Assembly: GCA_965153355.1 (NCBI GenBank)
Contig: OZ231126.1
Span: 18,104,001-18,168,000, forward strand
DNA length: 64,000 nt
Direction of reading: 5' to 3'
DNA from: Flaccisagitta enflata
Taxonomy: Eukaryota
A model generated the notes under the pieces. It was not told the origin of the DNA and did no database searches. It saw nothing but the letters and a program-made list of their open reading frames with translations. Each line of letters starts with the position of its first letter. Positions within the stretch are counted from its first letter, which is position 1. The translations under genes were made by a program, and so were the position numbers. Positions 1-13,696 of the stretch are shown here, in pieces.

Positions 1-107
1 AGAATTTTCTGTCGAATTCAGCTTTCGCTGGAATTGTGGCAATTTAAGAGTGTCGGCCACGGACGCCTTCAAGAAGTGGAGTTTACAGTGGATAATCCCT
101 TAGTCTA

Positions 108-511
108 CAGGTAGGACCCTAATAAGAGCGGAGGAGGGACCCAAAGTTTTAGCATCACCCCCTACAGCTTATGTGGCTCAAGCAAATTTCTCACTTGCTG
201 TGGCGGAATATATCTTGGGTGGATACAAGTGGCGCCACCGCGGCAATTTTTGAATTTCCACCTAGAACACCCCCAAATTATCAAAATTGAAGAAAAAATT
301 GTTAGATTTTTTGGGGGGCCTCTGAGGGTGATTTTGCGAAATCTAAGGGTGTTCTAGGTGGAAATTCCAAAATCGCCACGGTGGCGCCAATTGTATCCAC
401 CTGAGGTATAAACCGCCATAGCAAGTGAGAAGAATGTTTGAGCCATTTAAGCTGTAGGGGGTGATGCTAAAACTTTGGGTCCCTCCTCCGCTCTTATTAG
501 GGTCCCGTCTG
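108..511. mobile_element. Tc1/mariner-type MITE in a PTBP intron
   Basis: Long imperfect terminal inverted repeats (CAGGTAGGACCCTAATAAGAGCGGAGG... / ...CTCTTATTAGGGTCCCGTCTG) flanked by TA at 106-107 and 512-513. A related element sharing the GTGGCGCCAC motif lies at ~7360-7715. Confidence 0.8.
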
Positions 512-680
512 TAATTTGTTGAAAACGCCAAATCATTGTTTCCGGACTATTGCGCGTTGCTGTACATGAAATTAGCAGTGTTTGCGCGCACAGTTTCAAT
601 GCAGTTTCAATGCAGTTTCAATGAGCGGAAAACAAAACGCACGTGCCATCGCGCCTTCGCCGTACGCGACGCACCGTTAC

Positions 681-3600
681 CTTGAAGAGGACAACTTGGC
701 CGTGCTCCCTGAAGGGTGCCTGGATTTCGCCTTCCGTCGCGCCCTCGGCAATGTTGGAGATGTGCAACGTCGTTGACGGCTCGAAGATGTTGGAGGAGTT
801 CTTGGAGCCGGGCTTCTTGAACCGATGGAGAGGTGAACCTGTTGTCGAAGAAAGGAATGATGAGCAAATTCAATTTCGCACATCGCCAAGTGACGTCAAA
901 TTAAATTAGATTCAGGTGTTCGAACTTTTCATAGGATAGTTTTCCCAGTTCAATTCATCGCCTGTAACTAAGTATACCGGTGTAATCCTTGGTCAGCTCG
1001 GCTCCTTCGAGGCGATCATCCTTGGTGCGCTGAACGTGTTCGTTCTTGGAAGGACTGACGTTCATCGGCTTGCCAAAGAGCGGAACCTTGTCGAGATGCT
1101 GACGCGAGATGGCCGCCATCCATGGCTCAGTCATCTGTGGGGGAAAAGAGATTTAAGAGAGAGGGGGAATGATTGAAATTAGCCTATAGAAGTAGTTCAG
1201 GCAGATTGACGAATGTACACAAAGTCCAATTTTCATCAACCTATATCATTACAACTGTATCGATTTCGCCACCTGAATGAGCGCGGTGTCTTTCTTGGCG
1301 AAAAGAATCTTGACTCTGAGGACGTCGCCGTAGACGCCAAAGAGTGTGAAGAGGACGTCGGGCGTCACTCGGGTTTCCTCCAAATTGGAAACGATGAGGA
1401 CGCAGCCGCCTCTTTGCATGCCACCTGGCATTCCCATCAATCCCATGCCCTCGGCGGGATTGCCGAATCCGCTCATGCCCCGGCCGCCGAACTGGTTGTT
1501 GTCGCCGCCACTTTGATCTGCGCGAAGAGACGAAGAGGATTAGGAGGAAATTATGAATGCTACTTGATGGGCACGAGGCGCGTGATAAGGTTGGTTAGAC
1601 AACCAACACGGTCGCGGTTTAAGAGGTTCTTCACATTTCTTAGGGCGCTACAAACGTGCAGACGGACTGACTATAAACACGCACATGGCATTGTGTTGTT
1701 GTCAGCGCGGCAGCCCGCGAAATGTCTCGATACAGTCAATTACACTTAAATTAATTACACTCAAATTCTGATTATCTTAAAAACACAGTACTTACTTCCT
1801 GCGACGCTATTAAAGCCCTTTTGAAACATTTCTTGAAATTTCGACCAATCCCAGCCTTGAATCTCGTTTGGATTGGGAGCTGGATAAGTTTAAATTCAAA
1901 AAGATAGAAAAAGACATTGAATTCTTTTGCCACCATAATCACGAAACGAGATTGAAATTTGAGATTGGTCCAACGTTCTTAATTTAGGCGCTATGTCTCT
2001 AATCCTTACCGTATCCTCCGTAGGAAGTCTTTCCAGAGTTGACCGGTGGTTCGCCCAAGATGCTCATTCCCGTCCCAGTGGAGCCGCGCGATGCGATCAG
2101 GGCGTTATTCGGAAGACCTGCTTGCCCTTGACCAGGGGGCGTATAACTCGCCTCCCTATAACCCGACCGCGACAACGACAGCGAGAGATAGGAGGAGGAG
2201 CAGGAGCGAGAGCAGGAGTCGTATGAGAGAGAGAGAAGGAGGAGAGAGCACGAGAGTTGAGAGGACTCGGAGCTTTTTTAATACTAATAGCGAGAGAAAC
2301 TCTTACATATACAGAGATGATATCAACGCTTTGGCTTTATATTCTATCTATATGAATCATCGGAGAGCGGCGATATATCGCGCGGAAGTGAAAAGAGAGA
2401 AAACAGGGAATTCGAGGTTTCTTTTTTTTTTTTTTTTTTTTCTTAACACTAATTAGAGAACGTTAAAAGAGCAAGCCATCGCATTGTATGTGTAAAGGAA
2501 AAAAGAACGATGAGAGAATTACAGGTGTACAGTTTGTGAGATAGAAAACAGAGCGACTGGGGGAACAAAAAATAAATTGTCAATCAATCTGCTCTGGACT
2601 TGGTGGTGGTGGACAGTGAGATAGGAAGAGAGAGCAGACAGTGCAACAATTGCGTTTTGAACAATGGACAGAGAAGGAGAGAAATAAGAAAACGGAGAGA
2701 CAGTTGAAGAGATATACTGGACAGACAATGACAGAAGAGAAAGAAGTATTGATAGGAAAGCCAATTCATAAATCACACAGGACAGAGAGAAAAGGCGCAC
2801 ACTCTCCTTTACCCAATATCATGGAAACTTGCGAAGCCTAGTATGAGATATAACTATTATTGTTATTCCAATTAATTGTTATGAAACCATTCCAAATACA
2901 AACCTGGTGGTAAAATACTTACATCATGTTGTTAGCACCAGATGGAAGAGTCGGGTTGGTGAAATCCCATCCTCTTTCGTTGTTGTATTTGATGTTAAGT
3001 TCGGTCAATTTGGAGTATTCAATCTGCAGCTGGCAACATCCGTTGTAGATGTTCTTTCCGTGGAGAACTTGTCTCGCGTACTTGGCGGCGTTACTCGAAC
3101 CGTACTCCACCAACGCCTGAGGGAACAATGCGATTATGGGCCGCAGACGTTCGTGAGTAGATCATCGATAAGGCAACCTCTTTTCAATTTCCTTCAGCGT
3201 TTCCAAAGAGTGATGTGGTATACCTTCGAGTTTCTTGCGATATCTGCATTTGACTAACTGCGAGTCTCACCTGGAAGACGTTATTCTTAGTGAAGGTGAC
3301 AATCTTCTGGATGCTCCCGTGTTTCTTGAAGATGTTGGCGATGGTGTCCATGCTGACTGGATGGCTCATATTTTCGACGTTGATGTGGAGAATGCTACCG
3401 CAGGGTAAACCGTTGTCCACGAATTGGATGAGATGACCCGTATCGGGCTGCGACTCGGTTTTCAATTGCTGAAAGACGGGAATATAATCGATCAATCAAC
3501 CGGTTAACTACACACACGAGAACTGCCATCGCTACCAAACCACCATGAACACGTCACTTAATGGAACATAATCCACGTGTGATGTTACCTTGTGCGAAGA

Positions 3601-4045
3601 GTACTGGACGTAGATGGTCCTTCCGTGAAGCTGGAACGGCGACGGCAGGCTGTTATAGTAGTTAACCATATCAACGGCCGACTGCTCGTATTCCAACTCG
3701 AGGAAGGCCTGGCAAGTCTTCGTCTTCAGGATGAGGATGTTGGTGATCAGACCGAAACGAGAGCCGAGTTCGATGATCTGCGGAGAAGAAAGAGGACAGT
3801 GCAATTCCGGTGGGGCAACAAACAGGGCAAAAAACTATCTGGTAAAATTGAATCCCCATACTTCATGGCCAAATAACACAATCGAGCCTAACCTCCTGTT
3901 CGGTGACGTATTGATGGAGATTTCTGAGATGCACGACCCTGGAGGGTTCGCAACGCTGCTTCTTGGACTCGCTCTCCTCGACAGCGCCATCATCGGCGCT
4001 ACGCTTGCCGCCGACTGTCGAGTATCCGTTGCCGTAGGAATCCAT
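681..4045 (-). CDS. PTBP1: Polypyrimidine tract-binding protein (4 RRMs); 3' end lies beyond the window start
   Basis: Phase-consistent GT-AG exons 4045-3893, 3777-3589, 3468-3271, 3116-2923, 2155-2010, 1517-1273, 1134-978, 838-681. PTB motifs: [88 protein letters not shown]. Probable 5'UTR intron at ~4152-4055. Confidence 0.95.
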
Positions 4046-4523
4046 GACTCAAAACTGGTTGAATTTGACGATGATTCGCTCTCCGAACAAATAATATTTA
4101 CGAAATGGGTTTGTATGTTCTTAACTGTTTTTTGCTCTCACAAAATGACTCACCTAAATAAAGATGCTCAACAATTAGTATACGCGATCAATTTGCGCTA
4201 TCAAATGGGTATGCTTGGGTAGGAAGCAGAGAGGGAAGAGGAGGGGAGCCCAACCCGAAGTTTCAAACCTCGGCAAAAAGTGAGGTCAACCAAATGACTG
4301 CATAAAAGAACTGAACGACTAAAGATTCCAGGAGGCTCTGGGAAAAAAAGATCCCAATCTAAAAATCCATTGAGAGAGGATTGCTTCCGACTAGAGGGAT
4401 TGTTACAGGAAGGAAGGAGAAAAAAAATAATGACGTGACTATTGAGGCCATTACAGGGGGCGATTTAAAGAAAATTTAAATGATTATTCGCGGAACCTCT
4501 TCGATTCACGTTCAATATTTAAA

Positions 4524-6533
4524 TCAGTCTAGAAAGAAAATGTTGCTAAAATGCGAGTTGCAAAGCGTTTTCAATAATTCGTTGATTTCGATCAAATTGG
4601 CGTTTTTCTGATGAATGACAACGTACACTTCTCGTTCGTCGCTCTTTTTCCCGACCACCCACTGATCGCGGTACGTCTTGACGATAGTCTCTCCGTCGCT
4701 ACCTTCCATGCAGCCCAAGTCCGTGTTCGTGTCGGACAAAATGCCCAAGATTTCCGCGACCATCGGTGAAGACGTCGTTGATGGCGAATTGCCGTCTTTG
4801 AGGTCGGTCCAATCCCAGGCGCCGACGCCGCCCGCGGCGCCTCCGCCTTGATTACTTCCGCTTCCTACACCTCCCGCGCTCCCTCCTCCACCGTGAAAAG
4901 AGGTGTTTTGCGCCAAATTCATGTGGTTGAAATATAAATACTTCCAGTTCGTCTGCGGGTCGCCGGGCCCGTTTCGAGTCATCTGCGCGCTCTTCGTGTA
5001 TTGCTCCCCGATATCCGAGGCGAGCGTCGCCATTTGTTGTCCCAAGTACGAATCGAGTTCGGCGTAAAAGTCTTTCGTGAGCGGAAAGTCGGCGTCCGTA
5101 AGCAGACACAAAGTGGCGCTGAGGGATCGATAAACCACCAAATGGCATTCCTCGTTGTTGATGGACGTGTTGACGAAGACTTTGGGTACGCGTCGAGGAG
5201 GTTCCGAGCTTTTCACGCCGGAAGTGGCGCCGGTGATGAAACTGCCGTATGCGCGGGACGTCGGCGGCGTCGAGGCGGAGGAAGATGACGTCGTCGACGA
5301 TGATCCTGGCGCTCCGGCTGACGACAACGGCGCTCCACGCGGCGATGCACCCACGGGGGAGTTGGATCCCGACGACGCCGCGTAATGAATAACCGGCTGT
5401 TGGAATCTCGGCGAGTCGGCCGGCACGAGAGTCTGCGTGAAACTCGGTTGCGGCGAATAAGTCAACGCGGACCCCAATTCGTGCTCCAAATGGCCGGACT
5501 CGCGGAGGAGACTCTTGGTCAAATACGAGTATAATATCCTAATATCGATTTGAGCCAGGGAACTCCACACGAGGAGATCGTTGTAGAGGAAGGCGGTGTA
5601 TTTAACGGCCGGGAAACGCTCTTCGACGGCGTTGATGAAACACTGAATGCGCAAAAAAGTCGTCTTGTCCAACGGCAGGAAATGAATGCCGCCGAAAACG
5701 TCGAGCAAATCGGCCGAGTGAAGGCGCAGATTCAAGAGGTAGCGAGAGAAGAAATGTTCCAAACGCGCGGATAGCGAAGTTACGCCGGACGAAGAGTTGG
5801 AGACGATGTAATTGAAGGAACCCATGAACAGTTTGAACATCTTGTAACAATGATGCAGGACGGAAAGCAACACTTTGTCCGATACGTCGTCCTCCTAGTG
5901 GCGGAGGAATAGGGGAGGGGGGAGGTTTGGGGGTTGGGAGGAGGGATTGAGGATTATGTAGGACAATTGTGACTCACAATTTTTTAGAACGGATGCTGGG
6001 AAAGACACGAGGAAATTTGCCATGAGAAGGAAGTGGGATAGAAAAATAGCTCTCCACACGGGTGAGCAACAATCGCAACTTACCTGATATTCATATTCGG
6101 TGCCTTTCTCTTTCTCCGCTTTGGAGCCTTTGCCGTCCTTGTCGCTTCCGCCGATGGGCGAGGCGGATTTCCCAAACGGCACGCTGACCGTCAGCACCAT
6201 CCAATAGTCTTCTTCCGGCTGATAAAGTAACATGCGCTTCTTCTGCGAGTGAATGGATTCGACGGGTGTCTGCGGCGCGAAGGATTTGGTAAAAGTGGCC
6301 ACGGCCTCGCAAAGACCCACGTTTTTCACTTTCCGATCCACGTCCTCCTCAGGAGGGTAATAATACAATATCTTCTTTTCTTCTTCGCCCTCTCGTTTGC
6401 AAAGAGTCGCGTTGAACACGAAAAAGTTGAGTAGCGTGACACTATCGGGCGGAGGCGGGGAAGAACCCAAGCCGTTACCACCTCCTCCTACTCCATCGTC
6501 GATGCCGCCATTCTTCCTCCGTGAAGTGGACAT
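4524..6533 (-). CDS. CCZ1: Vacuolar fusion protein CCZ1 homolog (Mon1-Ccz1 Rab7 GEF subunit)
   Basis: Two exons, 6533-6084 and 5894-4524. Motifs FFVFN..REGEEEKKILYYYP, VGLCEAVATFT, YLYFNHMNLA, WVVGKKSDERE and C-terminal FSNIFFLD match CCZ1. Contains Gly/Ser low-complexity insertions. Confidence 0.95.
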
Positions 6534-6886
6534 TCTTGACGTGTTTATTTTGTTAGACGAAATCAAAGTTTCTCTTCGTTTGAAAGACTTTGGGAGTCAT
6601 ATCGGGCATGATCGCGAGGAGATCACTTTGCATCAATTTGTAATTGCAAAGTGTCATTTTGAATCAGAAGCTAAGTCACAAGGGATAGATGCACGAAATA
6701 ATTTAAGGCAAATGAAAAATAAAGGAAGAATGACTTGGTTGAAGAAATATGACAGTCGCCGGGAACTAGAACTACGAAAGTCAGCGAGGCGAGAAGCGAT
6801 CGCGCGAGATGAATTTAGACCAGTGCAATTCGTACGCACCGAATCATCGCAGGAATTTCGAAAATTGCGAAAATGCTTCAAGTCAA

Positions 6887-9800
6887 TCAGTACAATTTGT
6901 TTTTGATATAAACTTCGGTAGGTGGTTGGGGGAGCCCAATCAGCGCGTCCTCGATGCCCTCCAAGGCCCATTGATGGTCGGTGATTTGAAGTTGTTCCCA
7001 TTCGGCCTTGAAGGCCTTGTTGGGATCCGGCGGCATTTGCATCGCGGCCCCAGTCATTTGATCCGCCATCATCTTTGTTTGATCGGCGGCGTTATCTTGA
7101 CCTGTGGGAGGATGAGGATGTGATGAGTGCAACAATTCATCCTATATATACCTCATACAATCATCCATATAAGGAACATTAAAAATTTTTTTCAGAAATC
7201 CTGAAAAAATACGGACAATCATATACAGGTTCGGACGGAATTTAAGATGTTATATGTCACTTTTTAACCCACCATAGTGTAAGCTTCCAATACATACACG
7301 TACATACCTAAAATATGTTTTTTAGATGCGTCCTTGCATCTCTACAGAGAAGTGCTAAATACAAGGTATGAACCCCCTAAAAACTGTAGCACAGCTCTAA
7401 CCAATTATATTATAGAGATTTTTAGGGTAAAAAAGAATGTTTGTATTAATAACAGTGGCGCCACCAGAGCAATTTTTAAATTTTGACCTCTAACTCAAAA
7501 TATAACTAATAAACATGTTAAAATGAGCTAATTTTAAATATTCATAAAAATAAGGTTTTTGTACTATAATTTTGAACTGGAGTGGAAATTTCAAAATCGC
7601 CCTGGTGGCGCCACTTGTATAGTCTTAAGCTATGATTTAAAACCCAGCACAAACTATTTATTGGTATAGTTTGATCTGTAAGGGGGTGCTACAGTTTTAG
7701 GGGGTTCACATTTTATATTTCGCCTTCCTCTGTATAATAGGCTGTGTCCGTTGGTCGGTCGGTTGGTCGGTTTGTTGGTTGGTGAATTATTCATTAAAGA
7801 CATCAAAATCGAGCATTTTGAACAAAAAAGTGGATTTCTACCCCAGTAAAAGAAGCGTACATCAAGTAAATCATTCATTCAATCATTCATTCATTCACAA
7901 ATGACATTCATTCATTCATGCTAGGCAGAGGGAAAGCAGTCGACCCCTAAAGGACACCCACCTAAAACCAAGCTGTAAAAGCTTCGGAGTCCAAAGACGT
8001 TGAGAAAGTACCAAGACGCGGAACTAACCCAAGACGCATCTAAAGAAGGCAACTCGACTCCGCGCTGAAGCATGGGTTTGTATCGAATCGTCAAAGGGAA
8101 AGGAACCTGCGAGTTGTTTTGGGAAGCGAATTCGACTGATTGATTATTACAGTACCGGAATCAAAGAACTGGTGATAAGGAGGGAAGCCATATCTCTCCA
8201 ATTACATGAGATCTGAAATTTTCTGTAGTGTGCACCTATAGTACCCCCACCCCCCGTAAGGATTTGAAGCTGTTCCGGGCATTTTTTGTTTTTGGTTCTC
8301 AAAAAATTTTTATTTCTTAAAATCACTATTGTAGGCCAAAAATTTGTTTCAAAATTTTATTTTTATGTTACATGTAGTCCAATACCCAAACTACAAATTC
8401 ATTTTTGAAAAATAGCTACAGCCCAATTTTAAGGAATGGCACTAAAAAAATCAAAATTCCAAAAAAATGAAAAATTGCTATATTTTCTAAATAATTGTGG
8501 CATGATAATTTTGGCATGGAAGTAGTCCTGGGAGCCCCTCATGTGTATGCAAAATTTCAAGTCCCATACTTGAATTTTAAAGGAGTTATGGGATTTTGAA
8601 ATTTTAATAATTTTTGGTAAAAAACATTTTTTCTTATAAAATTTTTTTTTGTGAACCATTTTTCATGAAATTTCATAGACAAACAAAGTAATTGATATTT
8701 TTGGCTTCCAAAAAAAATTTGGGCACTGCCACCCCTTAAAAAAATTTTTTTCATCAAGAATTGCTAAAATTAGCTGTTTTCTAGGTTGAATAAAAACTGT
8801 TTCTGTTATCCCGTCAACTTCATTTTGGAGAGTTATCCTTTCTACATCTGCAGTAACTATGTTTCAAATTTCAAGTAAATCGGATAATTCGTTCCGGAGA
8901 TATTCAAGTTCAAAGTGGAAAGGGCAAGCTAAAATCACTGTTTCTGTGGTATTTTAATGATGTCTTTATTTACGGTTAGCTACAAGTGTCTCAAAAAGGT
9001 AATGTTTAATCGGTATGAATAAAGTCATTCCAAAATTGTTGCAAATAGGTGTGGAATATGTCCTTGCAGCAATAACCAACCAAGAGATTTTGGATTTCAC
9101 AGTCTCTAGATAAATAGGCACCAAAAAAACTGCAAAAATGCCTTTTTTGGCATTTTTTGCCACATTTTTCAAGTGTAATGCATATCAAACGACATCCCCA
9201 TCCCCAAATTTTTTGTGGCATAGTAGTCCATGATAGGACAGATGTCCCTCAAAAAATTTATTCATTTCCGTCATGCTTTAAGCACAAAAATTTTGTTTAA
9301 AATGGCAAAAAATGCGTTTTTTTTTAATTTTTTATGCTGTTTTTGGGGTGTAATGCATATTAAACGAACATCCCCAACCCCAAATTTTTTGTGGCATAGT
9401 AGTCCATGATAGAACAGATAATAAAAATTTATTCATTTCACGTCACGCTTTAAGCACAAAAATTTTGGTTGAAACGGCAAAAATGTGATTTTTTGAATTT
9501 TTAAAGCTATTTTTGAGGTGTTATGCATATTAAACGACATCCCCATCTCCCAACTTTTTGTGGCATAGTAGTCCATGATAGGACAGATCTCCCCCAAAAA
9601 ATTTATTCATTTCCTTCACCTTCTAGGCGCAAAATTTTGGTTTAAGATATGCAAATGCTGATTTTCAATTTTTAAAGCTATTTTTGGAGTGTAATGCATA
9701 TTAAACGACATTCCCATCCCCAAACTTTTTGTGGCATAGTAGTCCATGATAGGACAGATGTCCCAAAAATTTATTCATTTCCGTCACGCTAAGCACAAAA

Positions 9801-12427
9801 ATTTTGGTTTAAAGTAATGCTTAAAATACGATTTTTTGAATTTTTTTAAAGCTGTTTTTGAGTTGTAATGCATAATAACCAACATCCCCATCCCCAAAAT
9901 TTTTGTGCTTAAAGCAGTCCATGATAGAGTTAGATATCCTCCCAAAAAAATTTACTTATTTCAAATCACGCTTTAAGCACAATAATTTTAGTTTAAAAAA
10001 TGGCAAAAAAATGCGAATTTTTGAATTTTTTAAGCTGTTTTTGAGGTGAATGCATATTAAAGTCCCCATCCCCATCCCCCAAATTTTTATTGCTTAAGCG
10101 TGATGAAATTAATAAATTTTGGGGGACATCTGTCCTATCATGTTTCTATACCTAAAGGCAGATGGATATCGTTTAATATGCATTACACCCAAAAACACTT
10201 AAATTCAAAATCATTTTATATTTAAACCAATTTTATTAACAAAATGAAGTGAATAAATTTTGAAGTCTATCTATGAACACACTGCTTACAAAAAAAAGAG
10301 CGGAAGAATGGGATATCGATTTAATACTCTACACCCAAGGCTGCTTAAATTCAAAAATCACTGCTGCCGTTTCAAGCCAAGGTACATTAGTATAACGTGA
10401 CGAAAGTGAATAAGCCTGTTTATCATCTATCATGAATTCTATGCCTAAGGCAAGGAGGTGAGAGATGTCCGTTAACACTCTTTTACACCCAAAAACAGCA
10501 TGAAAATTCAAAATCACATTTACCATTTACTATAATTTTTGCTTAAACATGACTTCGGAAATGAATAAATTTTTGAGGGACATCTGTCCTATCATGGACT
10601 ACTATACCTCAAAAGCAGAGAATAAAGATGTTACGTTTGATATGCATTACACTTGAAAAATGTGGCAAAAATTGCCAAAAAAGGCATTTTTTGCAGTTTT
10701 CAAGTGCCTATTTATCTAAGAGACTGTGAAATCCAAAATTTTGGTTGGTTATGCTGCAGGGACATATTCCACACAATACAGCAATACAGGACATTTATCA
10801 TACCGATTAAACATTACCTTTGAACGTAACTAACGTAGAACATCGTGCATCTGCAGAAACGTGATTTTAGCCAGCCCGCGAGCAATCTCGAGGCAATTAT
10901 CGACGAAATTTGAAACATAGTTGCTGCGAATATGGAAGTTGATAATCCTCAAAATGAGTTGATCGGGATAACGGAACATATTCAACCTGAAAAATAGCTA
11001 GCAATTTTGAGAAAAAATTTTCTTAAAGAATCGCAGTATAGAACATTTTAGGTAAATATCAATTACTGTTTGTCTGAAATTCATGAAAAATAGTTCACAA
11101 AAATTTTATAAAATGTTTTACCAAAAATTATCAATTCAAAATCATAACCTCCTTAAAAATTAGTATGAACTGAAAACTACATATGATTCTCAGGAACTAC
11201 TCCATGCCAAGTATCATGTAACTAATTATTAAGAAAATATAGCAATTTTCATTTTTGAGAATTTGTTTTTTAGTGCATTCCCTTAAAAGTGGCCAAAAAT
11301 GTTTTCAAACTAATTTACTTAATAGATTATTTACATGTAACATAAACATAAAATTTTGAAACCACCATTTTGGCCTACAATAGTGATTTTAAGAAATAAA
11401 AAATTTTTGACAACCAAAAACAAAAAATGCCCGGAACAGCTCCAAACCCTTACGGGGGGTGGGGGTACTATAGGTGCACACCACAGAAAAATTTCAGATC
11501 TCATATCATTGTAATTGGAGAGATATGGCTTCCCTCATTATCACCAGTTCTTTGATTCCGGTATCTTTAGAGCGCGATCTTACGGGGACAGACCACACAA
11601 CACCTTCAGTTAAATCTTACTCCAACGAATGTTTAGGGACCAATAAATTTTATCTGTTACAGGGGAAATTCTGTTATGACTAATATAGGAAATAAAAGAA
11701 ACAAATTGAAGGGACAATAAATAGGCATCTGCTAAGGGCAAAATTCTGTTAAAAGCGGGTCTGTTATAACAATAGAGCGAGATTCAACTGAACCATCAAA
11801 CTAACTTGCCTTAGTGGTCAGAAATCCGGAAAAGGCGTAATTGATCCAGCCTCCGATGACGATCATGGGCAATACGTTGGTCATATTACCCTTCACCATG
11901 TCCGTCATCATGTTTGGATCGGTCATGGGATTTTTCATCTGCGCTTCCCTCTTGTTGACCTTGAAATAACCCTCTTTTTCGTCGTTGAAGAAGTACTTTC
12001 GCCGTAGGAATGACTGATGAGAAATATTAATAACCAGTGCAGGGTCAGGGGTTGAAAAATGAAACAAATGATAGACAAATTTGAATGGAGAAATACAATA
12101 CTTAGTTAGTTACCTGCTTAGGAACGTATTTGCCATTCTCTCGAAGAAATCGACTGCGAATCAGCGCTTGACTATCTTGAACCTATAGACCAGTGGGAGA
12201 AACACCGGTTAAGATGGAATATAAGCGACGCATTTACAAGCGTCCCCGCAGCCATCTGCGCAGGTCAACGCACATCTTCCACAACTTACGCTTTGAATAT
12301 CGACGGTTTTGTCATTTGTGAGTAGTACTGTGATGTGATGACGAACAATTCCGACGAGAAAGGTGATGATAACAATCGGAAGGAAAACCCAAACGCGAAT
12401 ATCCGGATCTAAAACAATCTCCGCCAT
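6887..12427 (-). CDS. EMC3: ER membrane protein complex subunit 3 (TMEM111)
   Basis: Exons 12427-12290, 12182-12114, 12013-11810 (GC donor), 8106-7962, 7101-6887. Motifs [63 protein letters not shown]. Confidence 0.96.
8155..11561. mobile_element. 3.4-kb palindromic (Foldback-like) non-autonomous DNA transposon with internal ~175-bp tandem repeats
   Basis: Ends CCGGAATCAAAGAACTGGTGATAA / TTATCACCAGTTCTTTGATTCCGG, flanked by TA (8153-8154, 11562-11563). The arms are inverted over nearly the whole length, with the centre at ~10090. Tandem units start near 9178, 9353, 9523, 9694, 9868 and 10050. No transposase ORF. Confidence 0.85.
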
Positions 12428-13696
12428 GATCACTTTTCATTAATAAAAGTCAGTGTCTTTTGGTAACTATAGAGAACAAAGCAGTAGCATTTGAAAAAAA
12501 ATAAAACAGAGGGAAAAATTGCAGCCAGGACATCGAGAAAATCGAGAGAAAATAAATAATAAATGAAAAACTTGGGCTGAATCACTTTCAAGAATTGATA
12601 TTTTTTTCGAAATGGTGGATTTTATCCTTGACTACGCCATCTTCTCCGATAACAATCGGGCCATTGAGAAGAATTTTTACCCCCTTCGTAAATTAGGAAG
12701 TTCCCTTAGGCCATTATGTTTTAGATAAGTTTTTACCCATTACGCGCACATCATGCACTTTTCAATCAATGCTCGATGGCAAATGACGATCGGCAAGGCA
12801 ATTAAAGAACCCTGGTTTTCAGATAAATTAACGAGATATCAAAAGACCTTACCAATATTCACCTATACCAAATGATATTTAGCATTTAACCAACACAAAC
12901 GACCGAAAGCTGTAGACCCCATTCATATTAAATATAGCAAAATCAGGAGCGTGGTGCAAGTGTTCGGCACGTTATATAACCACGATTTTCCACCATGACG
13001 AAAAAGCAAAGAACCAAGCGGCGTCAAATTTAGACTAATTCAACAGTTTTCAATCGAATTAAATTCAACAACAACAGTAGCACGAAAAAAATCACTATTC
13101 CATGTCGAGTAGGCGTGTGAATCACAACTTGAACTGAATTATTTTGAACCAAATCGTATAAACTGAGCGGCGCCCCAATACGAATGTTTTTTTTTGTGTG
13201 TGTGCCTTACACCTCAACGAAATCCTAATCCCCGAATTAAAAGCAATGCTTTTTCCAATCCGAAAAATCAATGTGTTCATAATAAAATAAGAACATCTCT
13301 TTTTGAAGTCACAAGGCTAATGTAGTACTGAGAGTTAGTCAAAGTAAAGAATGGCCTAAACGGCTTACTCGACAGTAGACTTCCTACCGCACGGGCCAAT
13401 GAAACCAAGATAATCACCCGTCAAACATGAAATATTTCTGCCAAATAAACCATAACTCATTTTTCTGTAGCACGAATTTCGTCTTACAAAAACATTCACG
13501 TATATATAAATCGATAATAACAGTGAATAAAGATAACGAATATTAATACTTTGTGATCCAAATTACACAATCTGCGTACCGTACACAGATTCATGTTCAA
13601 AAGAAAGCTAATCAATAACTTAAAATTCTCCGCAAGAATTCATCAAGTTATACCATTGCACGTACAGTGTAAATACCATTAAATAAGTAATCAAGT

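Noticed and set aside
4852-7123. Multiple overlapping or antisense ORFs over CCZ1 and EMC3
   Set aside because: Shadow frames of GC-rich coding exons.
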